Shown here: positions 53,958 to 62,914 of the stretch, piece by piece | How positions within the stretch are numbered: position 1 is the first letter of the stretch | Layout: each line of letters opens with the position of its first letter | Assembly: GCA_963828435.1 (NCBI GenBank) | Contig: CAWHFG010000005.1 | Span: 746,604-810,603, forward strand | Source: an uncultured Acidimicrobiaceae bacterium | GTDB lineage: Bacteria; Actinomycetota; Acidimicrobiia; Acidimicrobiales; Palsa-688 | Length of the DNA stretch: 64,000 bases | Direction: 5' to 3' | Notes under the pieces: model-generated | The model's input: the letters and a program-made list of their open reading frames with translations, nothing else | Told to the model about the DNA's origin: nothing | The model's database searches: none | Position numbers and translations under genes: made by a program

Positions 53958-54455
53958 ATGACTCCTGCGGTGAGCTGTTCGTGCCGGGCGGGGCCTGTGG
54001 TTCGCATGTCGGTGCGTTCCGAGTGGGTCGTTGCGGAACGCGAAGTAGCCAGGTCTTAGCGGGTGACCGCGACTGTGGGGCACCCGCGCCCCCCGGCCTT
54101 GACGGGTCTCAGCGGCTCTCGCTATGCTCCTGAAGTACATTCAGCTTCCGACAGCCCGACTGGCGGAGCACGGCAGGACTGACCGAAGAAGTCGAAGGGG
54201 GGTTGGGTGGTCTTCAGGAACGCATCTCCGCAGACCCGTCAGCCAGCAACGGTGCTGGTGACGGCCTGGCCACTCACTGGCAGATGCGCCGGGCGGATTA
54301 TGTGACCGTGATCGGCGACCTGGTCGACATCTGTTCGCTCTCCGCCATTCGTCTGGAAACAGACGCGGAGCCGATGCCGACCGATGGTACCGCAGGCATA
54401 TGCGTTGCCCAGATCGAAAGCAAATGCTCCAAACCAGGTTACTCAGGGAGGACCG

Positions 54456-55277
54456 ATGCTCGAAGAATTTAGAGCCTTCAAGACCTTGGTTGTCCAACAG
54501 GACGGCCGACTGCTACGTGTAATGCTCAACCGCCCGGAGTCGCTCAATGCCGTCGGTGGCGAAGGAATACATCACGAGCTGGCGGAGTTCTTTTACCTTG
54601 CTCGGCATGACTCCTCGATTGGAGCCATACTGCTTACCGGTGCAGGCCGGGCATTTTGTGCGGGGGGTGACATCAAGGGAATGGCGGAGTATGCCAGTAC
54701 CGAGCAGGAGACCTCCGACGCAGAGCGATCGGGGCGCTTGCTCGGAGGCTCGAAGACGCTCGTAATGAACATGCTGGAGTCGGACCGCCCGGTGGTTTGC
54801 GCGGTCCAGGGCTATGCCATGGGGATCGGCGCAACGATCGCTCTGTGCTCCGATGTGGTGATCGCGGCCGAGGACGCCATCATCGCCGACAACCACGTGC
54901 ACATCGGGGTTGTTCCCGGAGATGGAGGCACCCTGCTTTGGCCCCTGTTGCTTCCACTTGGCGTGGCAAAGTACTACCTCATGACGGGTGACCGCCTCAC
55001 GGGGGCAGAAGCGGCCCGGATGGGGCTCATCCTGAAGGCGGTGCCCGCTGACGAATTAATGTCGGCCGCGGAGGAGATCGCCATGCGGTTGGCGAACGGA
55101 CCCACGCTGGCTATCCGGTGGACGAAAACTGCGGTGAACAAGGTGCTCCTCGAACGAGCGAATCTGCTCTTCGATGTCTCTCTTGCTTTGTCAGGTGCGA
55201 CGTATATGGGCGACGATCACCGGGAGGCCACGAAGGCGTGGGTGGAGCGTCGGCCGGTCGAGTTTCGCGGGCGCTAA
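54456..55277 (+). CDS. enoyl-CoA hydratase/isomerase
   Basis: ATG 54456 follows CAGGGAGGA. Motifs: LLRVMLNRPESLNAV and ILLTGAGRAFCAGGDI. Confidence 0.85.
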   Translation: MLEEFRAFKTLVVQQDGRLLRVMLNRPESLNAVGGEGIHHELAEFFYLARHDSSIGAILLTGAGRAFCAGGDIKGMAEYASTEQETSDAERSGRLLGGSKTLVMNMLESDRPVVCAVQGYAMGIGATIALCSDVVIAAEDAIIADNHVHIGVVPGDGGTLLWPLLLPLGVAKYYLMTGDRLTGAEAARMGLILKAVPADELMSAAEEIAMRLANGPTLAIRWTKTAVNKVLLERANLLFDVSLALSGATYMGDDHREATKAWVERRPVEFRGR

Positions 55278-55412
55278 GTCACGCCCGACGCCCGGGTCGT
55301 TCCAGGCGCCCCCGTCGGCGGAGGTTTCAGGTGGCCCGACGCTCTGCGGCGGCTCAAAGCAGACTGCTTGACCAGGCCTGAGTCCATTGATAGCCTGCTG
55401 GAACTGAATAGC

Positions 55413-55436
55413 CCTCAGTACTTCAGTACCTCAGTA
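55413..55436. repeat. tandem octamer (C/T)TCAGTAC x3
   Basis: Read directly from the sequence (ctcagtacttcagtacctcagtac), 29 nt upstream of the SDR start. A 13-bp palindrome AAGCAGACTGCTT lies at 55357-55369. Confidence 0.95.
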
Positions 55437-55464
55437 CCCGGGCCCCAGTAGAGGGGGGTGCCGC

Positions 55465-56391
55465 GTGAGCGGTGTGGAAGGAAAAGTCGTTGTGGTCTCT
55501 GGAGCCGGTGGCGGCATCGGCCGCGGCGAGGCGCTTGAGTTTCCGCGCCGCGGTGCCCACGTGGTGGTCAACGACCTCGGGAAGGATGTGCACGGCTCCG
55601 GATCGTCTTCAGATTCGGCAGAAGCGGTGGTCCAGGAGATCCGAAGTCTGGACGGAACCGCGGTGGCCAACGGTGACGACGTTGCCGACTGGGACGGCGC
55701 TCGTCGGTTGATCGAGACCGCCATCGACACCTTCGGGGGTCTGGATGTTGTCGTCAACAATGCCGGGATTCTCCGGGACCGGACGCTGGCCAATATGGAG
55801 CCCGATGAGTGGGATGCGGTCATACGGGTCCACCTTCGCGGCACCTTCGCTCTGTCCCGACACGCGGCCGCTTGGTGGAGGGATCGAGCTAAGGCGGGCG
55901 ACACCGTCGACGGTCGCATTATCAATACCTCGTCCGGATCGGGCCTCTACGGGAATCCGGGCCAGTCCAACTACGGCGCCGCGAAAGCCGGTATCGCCGC
56001 CTTCACGATCATCGCGTCGCAGGAGTTGTGGCGCTACGGGGTGAAGGTCAACGCCATTGCACCGACCGCGCTGACTCGGATGACCGAGGACCGTCCTTTC
56101 ACGGAGGAGGCCCGCAAGCTCCGTGACGCCAAGCCCGACGCGTTCAACGAGTTCGCACCTGGCAATGTGGCTCCGCTGGTGGTCTGGTTGGGCACGGACG
56201 AAGCCCGTGAGGTGACCGGCCGAGTCTTCAACATCAGCGGCGGCCGGGTCAGCGTCGCCGAGCCGTGGTCGGTAGGGCCTCAGGCTGAAAAAGGGGGACG
56301 ATGGGAGGTGGAGGAGCTTGATGACATCGTCCCGAAGCTCCTGGCTCAGGCCACCCCGGTCAAAACCCTCAAACCACTTCGGACGACCTGA
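55465..56391 (+). CDS. SDR-family oxidoreductase (3-hydroxyacyl-CoA dehydrogenase-like)
   Basis: VVVSGAGGGIGRG (TGxxxGxG), NNAGI and the catalytic SNYGAAKAG (YxxxK). Confidence 0.85.
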   Translation: MSGVEGKVVVVSGAGGGIGRGEALEFPRRGAHVVVNDLGKDVHGSGSSSDSAEAVVQEIRSLDGTAVANGDDVADWDGARRLIETAIDTFGGLDVVVNNAGILRDRTLANMEPDEWDAVIRVHLRGTFALSRHAAAWWRDRAKAGDTVDGRIINTSSGSGLYGNPGQSNYGAAKAGIAAFTIIASQELWRYGVKVNAIAPTALTRMTEDRPFTEEARKLRDAKPDAFNEFAPGNVAPLVVWLGTDEAREVTGRVFNISGGRVSVAEPWSVGPQAEKGGRWEVEELDDIVPKLLAQATPVKTLKPLRTT

Positions 56392-58511
56392 TGCCAGAGG
56401 GTGCCCCCCACGTTCCACCAGCGCTCGACTGGGTGTTCCAAGCGGGGTCGGTCGCCGTCGCCGGAGCCTCGGAAGCGGCGGGCTCGCTCGGCGCCATGGT
56501 GTACGGGAACTTGAGGCGTGACTTCCCGGGACCCGTATATGCCGTTAACAGTCGCCACCCCTTGGTCATGGGCGATCCTGCCTACCCCGATGTCCGGGCG
56601 CTACCCGAAGCAGTCGACTTAGTGGTCCTTCTGGTACCAGCGCGAGACGTCGCCGATACGATACGGGATTGTATAGAGCGAGGCCACAGATCTGTCTGCA
56701 TTCTGAGCGCCGGTTTCAGCGAAGCGGGATCAGCCGGGGCCGAGCTTCAGCAGGAGCTGTCTCATCTGGCCGTGGACACCGGGCTACCGATAATTGGCCC
56801 TAACTGCATCGGCATCATGAATCTCCATCACCGGGTAATGGCCAATTTTGCCCTGCCCCCGGATGGGGACCGGCCGGCGGCAGGACCAGTAGGCATCGTT
56901 TCGCAGAGTGGCGGTTTTGGCAGCTATATCCTCAACCGGTCGGTGATGAGCGGCGTTCGGGTCGGGATGTTTGCCAGCACTGGAAACGAGTGTGACGTCT
57001 CGGTCGCCGACGTGCTGGCCTACTTTATCAACCAGCCCGAGATGCGGGTGGTGAGTGTGTTCGCGGAGGCGATCCGCAATCCAGCCGCGTTCCTGGCTGC
57101 TGCCGAGCGGGCGCTCGAGCTCGACAAGGTGATCATCTGTGTCAGCCCTGGTGGCTCGGAGGAGGCGGCGAGAGCAGCTCTGAGCCATACGGCCACAGTC
57201 ATCGGATCAAGCCAGGTATTCAGTGCCGTATGCCAGCAGTTCGGAGTGCTGCAGGCACGCACGATCGATCAGCTGATCGATCTCGCCCTCATGTTCCAGG
57301 ACGGTCCTCGTATGGCGGGCAACCGGATCGGAATCTTCACCCCATCCGGCGGCGCGGGGGTACTCGCATCGGCCCACGCGTCCGAAGCGGGGCTTCAGGT
57401 TCCTGAGCTAACACCTCAGACACAGGAGCGGATCGCGGCCATGATGCCCGCGTTCGCCAGCGCACGGAATCCCGTAGACACCACTGCAGGGATGGCGGCC
57501 TACCCTCCTGAGATCCACACCCAGATCCTCGAAGCCCTGCTCGAAGACGATGTCGTCGACGGTGTGGTCGCCATCACGTGGGGAGGCGACAGTGCGATCG
57601 CGACGTCAATTGCCGAGTTGTACAAGTCATCGTGGAAGCCCATCGCGCCGGTGATAACGGCTCGCGGCGAGGCGCTCGCCTGCCAGGGCGTCCCGGTGTT
57701 CAACGACCCAACCCGCGCCGTAGAGGCGCTCGCGGCCATCGCCCGGTTGTCACGCCGCCGCCGTGAGCTGCCGCACATGGCGGCAGGGGGCGCCGTTCAA
57801 GCGCAACATGCTCGCACCCTCCTGGCGGCCGCCTCCGGTCGCGAATTCGTACTCGAGTCGACGGCGAAGGACGTATTGGCCTCATACGGTTTACCTGTCG
57901 CTCGAGAGTTCGTCTGTGCCAACGAGGACGCCGCTGCCAAGGCGGCCGCGGATCTCGGCGGCCCGGTCGCAATGAAGGTCCTCTCTTACGGACTGCCGCA
58001 CAAATCCGACACGGGTGCACTCCGGCTAAACGTTGAGGGGGAAGGAGACGTTCGGGCCTGTTATCAAGAACTCGTGACCACGGTGACCGAAAGCCATCCC
58101 GGTCTTGTCATCGAGGGCATTCTGGTGCAGGAGATGGTTCCGGTCGGTCTCGAACTGCTGCTCGGGTTGCAGCGGGACGCAGTCTTTGGTCCCATGCTGT
58201 CCGTCGGCCTCGGCGGCGTCCACGTTGAGCTGCTCGCTTGCGTGGAGCTCCTTCGAGCTCCGTTCGACTTCGACCAGGCGCTAGCGGCGCTGCACCGCAT
58301 TTCGGGCGGGCGCCTGAGCGAGGGGGCCCGGGGCATCTCGGCGCGCCAGATGGAGACTGTGGCTCGAGCCACGGTCAGTTTGGGTGCCCTGGCATTGGAT
58401 CTCCCCGAGGTGCACTCCATAGATATCAATCCCGTGATGGTTTCCAGAGAGGACGTAAGGGCGGTGGACGCGCTGATGGTAATTCGGCCAGCCGGAGAAA
58501 GGGTAGGGTAG
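56391..58511 (+). CDS. ADP-forming acyl-CoA synthetase (acetate-CoA ligase family: CoA-binding + ATP-grasp domains)
   Basis: ATG 56391 overlaps the SDR stop (TGATG). It has an N-terminal CoA-binding fold (VAVAGASEAAGSLGAMVYGNL...VDLVVLLVPA), then IIGPNCIGIMN, and a C-terminal ATP-grasp-like part (...PVAMKVLSYGLPHKSDTGALRLNV...). Confidence 0.8.
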   Translation: MPEGAPHVPPALDWVFQAGSVAVAGASEAAGSLGAMVYGNLRRDFPGPVYAVNSRHPLVMGDPAYPDVRALPEAVDLVVLLVPARDVADTIRDCIERGHRSVCILSAGFSEAGSAGAELQQELSHLAVDTGLPIIGPNCIGIMNLHHRVMANFALPPDGDRPAAGPVGIVSQSGGFGSYILNRSVMSGVRVGMFASTGNECDVSVADVLAYFINQPEMRVVSVFAEAIRNPAAFLAAAERALELDKVIICVSPGGSEEAARAALSHTATVIGSSQVFSAVCQQFGVLQARTIDQLIDLALMFQDGPRMAGNRIGIFTPSGGAGVLASAHASEAGLQVPELTPQTQERIAAMMPAFASARNPVDTTAGMAAYPPEIHTQILEALLEDDVVDGVVAITWGGDSAIATSIAELYKSSWKPIAPVITARGEALACQGVPVFNDPTRAVEALAAIARLSRRRRELPHMAAGGAVQAQHARTLLAAASGREFVLESTAKDVLASYGLPVAREFVCANEDAAAKAAADLGGPVAMKVLSYGLPHKSDTGALRLNVEGEGDVRACYQELVTTVTESHPGLVIEGILVQEMVPVGLELLLGLQRDAVFGPMLSVGLGGVHVELLACVELLRAPFDFDQALAALHRISGGRLSEGARGISARQMETVARATVSLGALALDLPEVHSIDINPVMVSREDVRAVDALMVIRPAGERVG

Positions 58512-58643
58512 GTCTGTAATCACTACGAGGCGCTAAGTCGCAGCCACAGCATTTGTTTGCTCGCACTGGTTGCAGACGGTCAGCGTACGGTAGTACGATA
58601 TAACTGACAATCTCAGAGCAGGTGTCACACAGGAGGGGGAAAC

Positions 58644-59960
58644 GTGGCCCGTTTGCGCGTACGGAATCCAGCGCTCGCGAGAGGACGCTGGTTGGTGGGT
58701 GTCCTGGCAGCATTGGCCCTGATTGGGTCCGCCTGCGGATCGTCCGGCAGCAAGTCGAGTTCTGGTACGTCTGCGCCGAGCGCCTCGGCTGGTGGAGCGG
58801 CTACGTCGTCGACTGGCTCGGCTGGTGGAGCCTCGTCGTCGACTGGAGCTTCGTCAAATGGATCGTCGTCGGCGAGTCCCGTCAACGTGGCACTGCTCAA
58901 CGAGACGTCCGGTGAGTTCGCCTCGCAGTTCGCGCCAAACTTGCCGGGCGTAAAATCGTGGGTGGCATACGAGAACGCGCACGGAGGGGTCGCCGGCCAC
59001 CACATCAACCTGAAGGTCTACGACAATGAGTCGAGTCCGTCGGTAGCGGTCTCAAATGCTCACCTGGCGGTGGAGCAGGGCGCGCAGGCATTTATCGATA
59101 CTGATTCGCTGTTCGACAGCTACGCGCCCTACCTCGAGGCCCAGGGGATGCCCGTGTACGCGTTCGGCATCACGCCTGGCTTCTACGGGCCTAACAACTT
59201 CTTCTCGTTCTCAGGGAACGTCACCAACGGCAAGAGCGACACGGCCTACAAGTTCGCTGACCAAATCCACCGGACCAAGTGGGCGGTGGTGTCCGACCCG
59301 AGCCCTGCCGACTCGATCGACTCGAAGGGCGTCTCCGCGCTGGCAAAGGCCAACGGCATCGACGTGGTCTACACGAACTTCAGCCTGGACGCCAGCAACA
59401 CCGCGTCGCTCCTGGCGGTAGCGCAGGCTATCAAAAGCTCTGGAGCCAACCTGGTTTCCATCGCGTCGACAGGCAATAGCGAGCCTCAACTACAAGTGGA
59501 CCTGTCCCAGGTCGGGGCATCCAACGTCTGGGTTTTGAGCGGATCCAATTTTGCCCTCAACCTGCCTAAGCAGTTCGGCACCGCCCTGAACGGCTACATG
59601 TTCGAGTCCTTCGTCGCCCCGACCACGGTTTCGGCTTCGGGCGTACAGACCTATCTGTCGGCCATGAAGCAGTACGAGCCGAGCTCCGACCCAAGTATCT
59701 TCAATTCGGAGGTGGGCTGGGGGGCCGCCTCGATGCTGGGAGCTGCGATTCAGAAGATCGGAAGCGGGCCGGTCACGAAGGCCAGCATCGTCCAGGCGTC
59801 GAACAGCCTCCAGAACTTCAATGCCGACGGCTTCCTGGCTCCGGTCAGCTTCCCTGCGTTCCATACCGAGGCGACCCAGTGTCTCTCCTTTGTCCAGGTC
59901 ATGAACGGCCAGTGGAGCCTCATCAGCGGCAGCCAGTCAAGCCCGTTCTTCTGCGGGTGA
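58644..59960 (+). CDS. ABC transporter substrate-binding lipoprotein (Leu/Ile/Val-binding-type)
   Basis: Signal peptide plus lipobox (LALIGSAC) and a Ser/Gly-rich linker. It belongs to the same family as 21292..22611. Confidence 0.8.
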   Translation: MARLRVRNPALARGRWLVGVLAALALIGSACGSSGSKSSSGTSAPSASAGGAATSSTGSAGGASSSTGASSNGSSSASPVNVALLNETSGEFASQFAPNLPGVKSWVAYENAHGGVAGHHINLKVYDNESSPSVAVSNAHLAVEQGAQAFIDTDSLFDSYAPYLEAQGMPVYAFGITPGFYGPNNFFSFSGNVTNGKSDTAYKFADQIHRTKWAVVSDPSPADSIDSKGVSALAKANGIDVVYTNFSLDASNTASLLAVAQAIKSSGANLVSIASTGNSEPQLQVDLSQVGASNVWVLSGSNFALNLPKQFGTALNGYMFESFVAPTTVSASGVQTYLSAMKQYEPSSDPSIFNSEVGWGAASMLGAAIQKIGSGPVTKASIVQASNSLQNFNADGFLAPVSFPAFHTEATQCLSFVQVMNGQWSLISGSQSSPFFCG

Positions 59961-60031
59961 CGCGCATCGATAGCTCCCTGGGGTCCGCTCTACTGGTATC
60001 GGAGTCGGAAGCCGGAGGGCGGTGCTAGTCG

Positions 60032-62890
60032 GTGCTGTACATCTTCCCCGGGTTGGTCATAGGAGCGGTATACGCCATCCTGGGCGACAGCATCGCCCTC
60101 ACCTACAGCGCCACCGGGGTTCTCAACCTGGCGACGGGCGCCATTGCCTACCTGGTTGCCGACACATTCAACTACCTGGTGGCGATCCATCACTGGTCCC
60201 TCATCACCGCAGCCCCGGTCTGCCTCGCCATCGGCCCAGCCCTTGGCGTCGTCCTCTGGGCACTCATCTTCCGACGAATGGAGCAAACCGACCTGGTCGT
60301 TCAGGTCGTTGCCACCATCGGGGTGGCCGTGGCCCTGCCCGCGGCCGCCGAGATCTGGATGCCCGTGGGCGAGACCCAGCAGGCGCCCGGTATCGTTCCC
60401 CACGGGCTGCACACGGTTCACTTCTGGTTCGTCACCGCGACGCGCGATCAACTGGCCGCGGTTATCGGAGCAGCCATCTGCGTGATTGCCCTCGTGCTCC
60501 TGCTCGATCGGACGCGACTCGGTCTATCCACCCGTGCCGTCGTGGATCGACCGGTGCTAGCTCAGACACGAGGAATCAACACCGCCACCGTGAGCGCAAG
60601 CAGCTGGGCTCTTTCTGGACTCCTCATCGCCATCGGCGGAATACTGCTTTGCCCCCTGATTGACCTGGACCCGGGCGTCTACATCGAGTTGACGGTCGCG
60701 GCACTCAGCGTCGCCCTTGTCGGGCGATTCAGGAATCTGGTCGTGACCGCAGTCGCCGGACTGGTCCTAGGCGTCGTCAACTCTCTCCTGATTGGTTACG
60801 CCCCTCAAAACAACCAGCTGATCCAAGGGATCGCCCCGGCCCTCCCGTTTTTCCTTCTCACCGCCCTGCTGCTGCTGAGATGGTCACCGAGCACGGCCAG
60901 ACGCGATGCGGTCCAGGTTCAGGCAGCCACCCACCGGTTCCACGCCACGATCAGGCCGACTCCCACGGTCGCGGTCACGGGGCCACCTTCGTCCGAATCA
61001 GGATCGCCACCACGGGCGGCGAGGCCCAAGGTCGGGTGGCTGATCTCTTATCGTCCCCTCATGCTGAAGGGCTTCGCCCTGGTAGGACTCTTGCTCGTCG
61101 GCATGTTTGCCTTCAGCGACTTCTGGACAACGGCGATCGCGGTTGGGCTCGCTTTCTCGGTAATTTTTCTCAGCTTCACGATCGCGACGGGTGAAGGAGC
61201 AGTTGTGTGCCTCGGTCAGGCCGCGATCGTCGGCGTCAGCGGGTTCCTCGCCGGTCGCTTGTTCGCCGCGGCCGGCGTTCCACTACTCCTTGCGGCGGTA
61301 ATCGCAGTGCTGGCGGCAGGCGTGGTGGGCGTGATCATCGGCGTGATCGGGGCACGTCTGGATCAGATCGGCTTCGCCCTGGTGACACTGGCCTTCGCCC
61401 TCTTCTGCGAAAAGTTCGTATTCAACATCACCTCCCTTGACCCGGCTGAAGGTGTGCCTTATCCGATTCTGAAGTTCCCCGGGCTGTCGCAGGCTCGCAG
61501 CCTCGTCTTGCTCGGATTTGCCGTCTTCGTCGCAGTGTCGGCGCTCGTCGGAGCTCTGAAACGACGAAGACTCGGACGCGTCTACGCGGCGCTGCGCGGC
61601 AATCCCGTCTCTACCGAGAGCCTGGGCCTCAACGTGCGAATGCTACGGGCCGCCGCCTTCGCCGTCGGAGCCTCCGTAGCGGGGGCCGGTGGAGTGCTGC
61701 TGGGCCTGAACGAACAGCAGCTCGGCCTGCCTGACGTGGCGCTTGCCACCGGCCTGGTGTGGTTGGCAGTTGTGGTGGTCTTCGGCGTGCGAGGGCCGCA
61801 GGGCGCGTTGCTCGCCGGGCTGGCCACCTCGCTGCTACCGGCGGGCATAGCCCTCATCTCATCAGCCGGATGGGTGGGCAACCTGCCCACCCTGCTGTTC
61901 GGCCTCGGCGCCATCGGTCTGGCAACCGAGCCTCGAGGTTCGCTGGCGCCGCTGCAGGACAAACTCCGGGACGTTGGCGAGAAGTGGTTCCCGAGCTTTT
62001 TGACCGCCCCCGTCGGCGGAGCATCCGGCAGCAGTCACAGACGACGATTGCCCCACCGCTACCGGGCTCGAGTTGCTGCTCCACTCACTGGATCTCGTCC
62101 CGCCGCCGACTCGCCGGTCGAGGCGTTGTCCGTGAGCAGCGTTACGGTACGGTTCGGGGGCATAGTTGCCCTGCACGACGTGAGCTTGATTGCCTGTCGG
62201 CGCGAGATCATCGGGCTTATTGGGCCCAATGGCGCAGGCAAGACGACGCTGCTCAACGTAGTCAGCGGTATCATCGCGCCCGAGAGCGGGACGATATCAA
62301 TTGACGGCACCACGGTCGAGGGGTTGTCTGTACATCAGCGTGCTCGATTGGGCATGTCGAGGACATTCCAACGGGTCACATTGTTCGGCGAGCTCTCGGC
62401 GCGACAACACTTACAGCTGGCATCTGAAGCCGCGGCGCGTGCTGCTGCCCCCCCTTCAGGCAACGGCTCCGAGACCGGAGCCGTACGAGATCGGTACAGC
62501 GATCCGGCCGCGGCCGACGCCCTCCTTGCGAGGGTCGGCCTGACGATCGGTGGAGACGCGGCCGTGACCGACCTGCCACTCGGACGAGCGCGGCTCGTCG
62601 AACTGGCCATGGCTCTCGCTGCCGAACCAAGGGTCCTTCTCCTCGACGAACCCTTTTCAGGACTGGCGAGCAACGAGCGGGACCACCTCAGTATGGTGCT
62701 GGCTCGCGTGCGGGATCAGGCCGAGATGGCTATCGTGCTGGTCGAGCACGACATTGACGTCGTATCCCGTCTCGCTGACCGAATCGTGGTCCTGGACTTC
62801 GGCGAGGTGATCGCCGACGGCGTTCCAACGGATGTCCTCGCCGATACGAAGGTTCGGCAGGCATACTTCGGCGTCGTCAGGGCGGACTGA
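60032..62890 (+). CDS. fused branched-chain-type ABC permease LivH-like + LivM-like + ATPase LivG-like (single 952-aa ORF)
   Basis: There is no stop codon for 2859 nt. Approximate residues: 1-290 are LivH-like (LTYSATGVLNLATGA...), 330-640 are LivM-like (...IATGEGAVVCLGQAAIVGVSGF...), and 690-952 are an NBD. The NBD has GPNGAGKTT, LLLDEPFSGL and the H-loop VEHDI. Confidence 0.75.
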   Translation: MLYIFPGLVIGAVYAILGDSIALTYSATGVLNLATGAIAYLVADTFNYLVAIHHWSLITAAPVCLAIGPALGVVLWALIFRRMEQTDLVVQVVATIGVAVALPAAAEIWMPVGETQQAPGIVPHGLHTVHFWFVTATRDQLAAVIGAAICVIALVLLLDRTRLGLSTRAVVDRPVLAQTRGINTATVSASSWALSGLLIAIGGILLCPLIDLDPGVYIELTVAALSVALVGRFRNLVVTAVAGLVLGVVNSLLIGYAPQNNQLIQGIAPALPFFLLTALLLLRWSPSTARRDAVQVQAATHRFHATIRPTPTVAVTGPPSSESGSPPRAARPKVGWLISYRPLMLKGFALVGLLLVGMFAFSDFWTTAIAVGLAFSVIFLSFTIATGEGAVVCLGQAAIVGVSGFLAGRLFAAAGVPLLLAAVIAVLAAGVVGVIIGVIGARLDQIGFALVTLAFALFCEKFVFNITSLDPAEGVPYPILKFPGLSQARSLVLLGFAVFVAVSALVGALKRRRLGRVYAALRGNPVSTESLGLNVRMLRAAAFAVGASVAGAGGVLLGLNEQQLGLPDVALATGLVWLAVVVVFGVRGPQGALLAGLATSLLPAGIALISSAGWVGNLPTLLFGLGAIGLATEPRGSLAPLQDKLRDVGEKWFPSFLTAPVGGASGSSHRRRLPHRYRARVAAPLTGSRPAADSPVEALSVSSVTVRFGGIVALHDVSLIACRREIIGLIGPNGAGKTTLLNVVSGIIAPESGTISIDGTTVEGLSVHQRARLGMSRTFQRVTLFGELSARQHLQLASEAAARAAAPPSGNGSETGAVRDRYSDPAAADALLARVGLTIGGDAAVTDLPLGRARLVELAMALAAEPRVLLLDEPFSGLASNERDHLSMVLARVRDQAEMAIVLVEHDIDVVSRLADRIVVLDFGEVIADGVPTDVLADTKVRQAYFGVVRAD

Positions 62891-62914
62891 CGGAAACGCG
62901 GAAGCACGCAGCGT

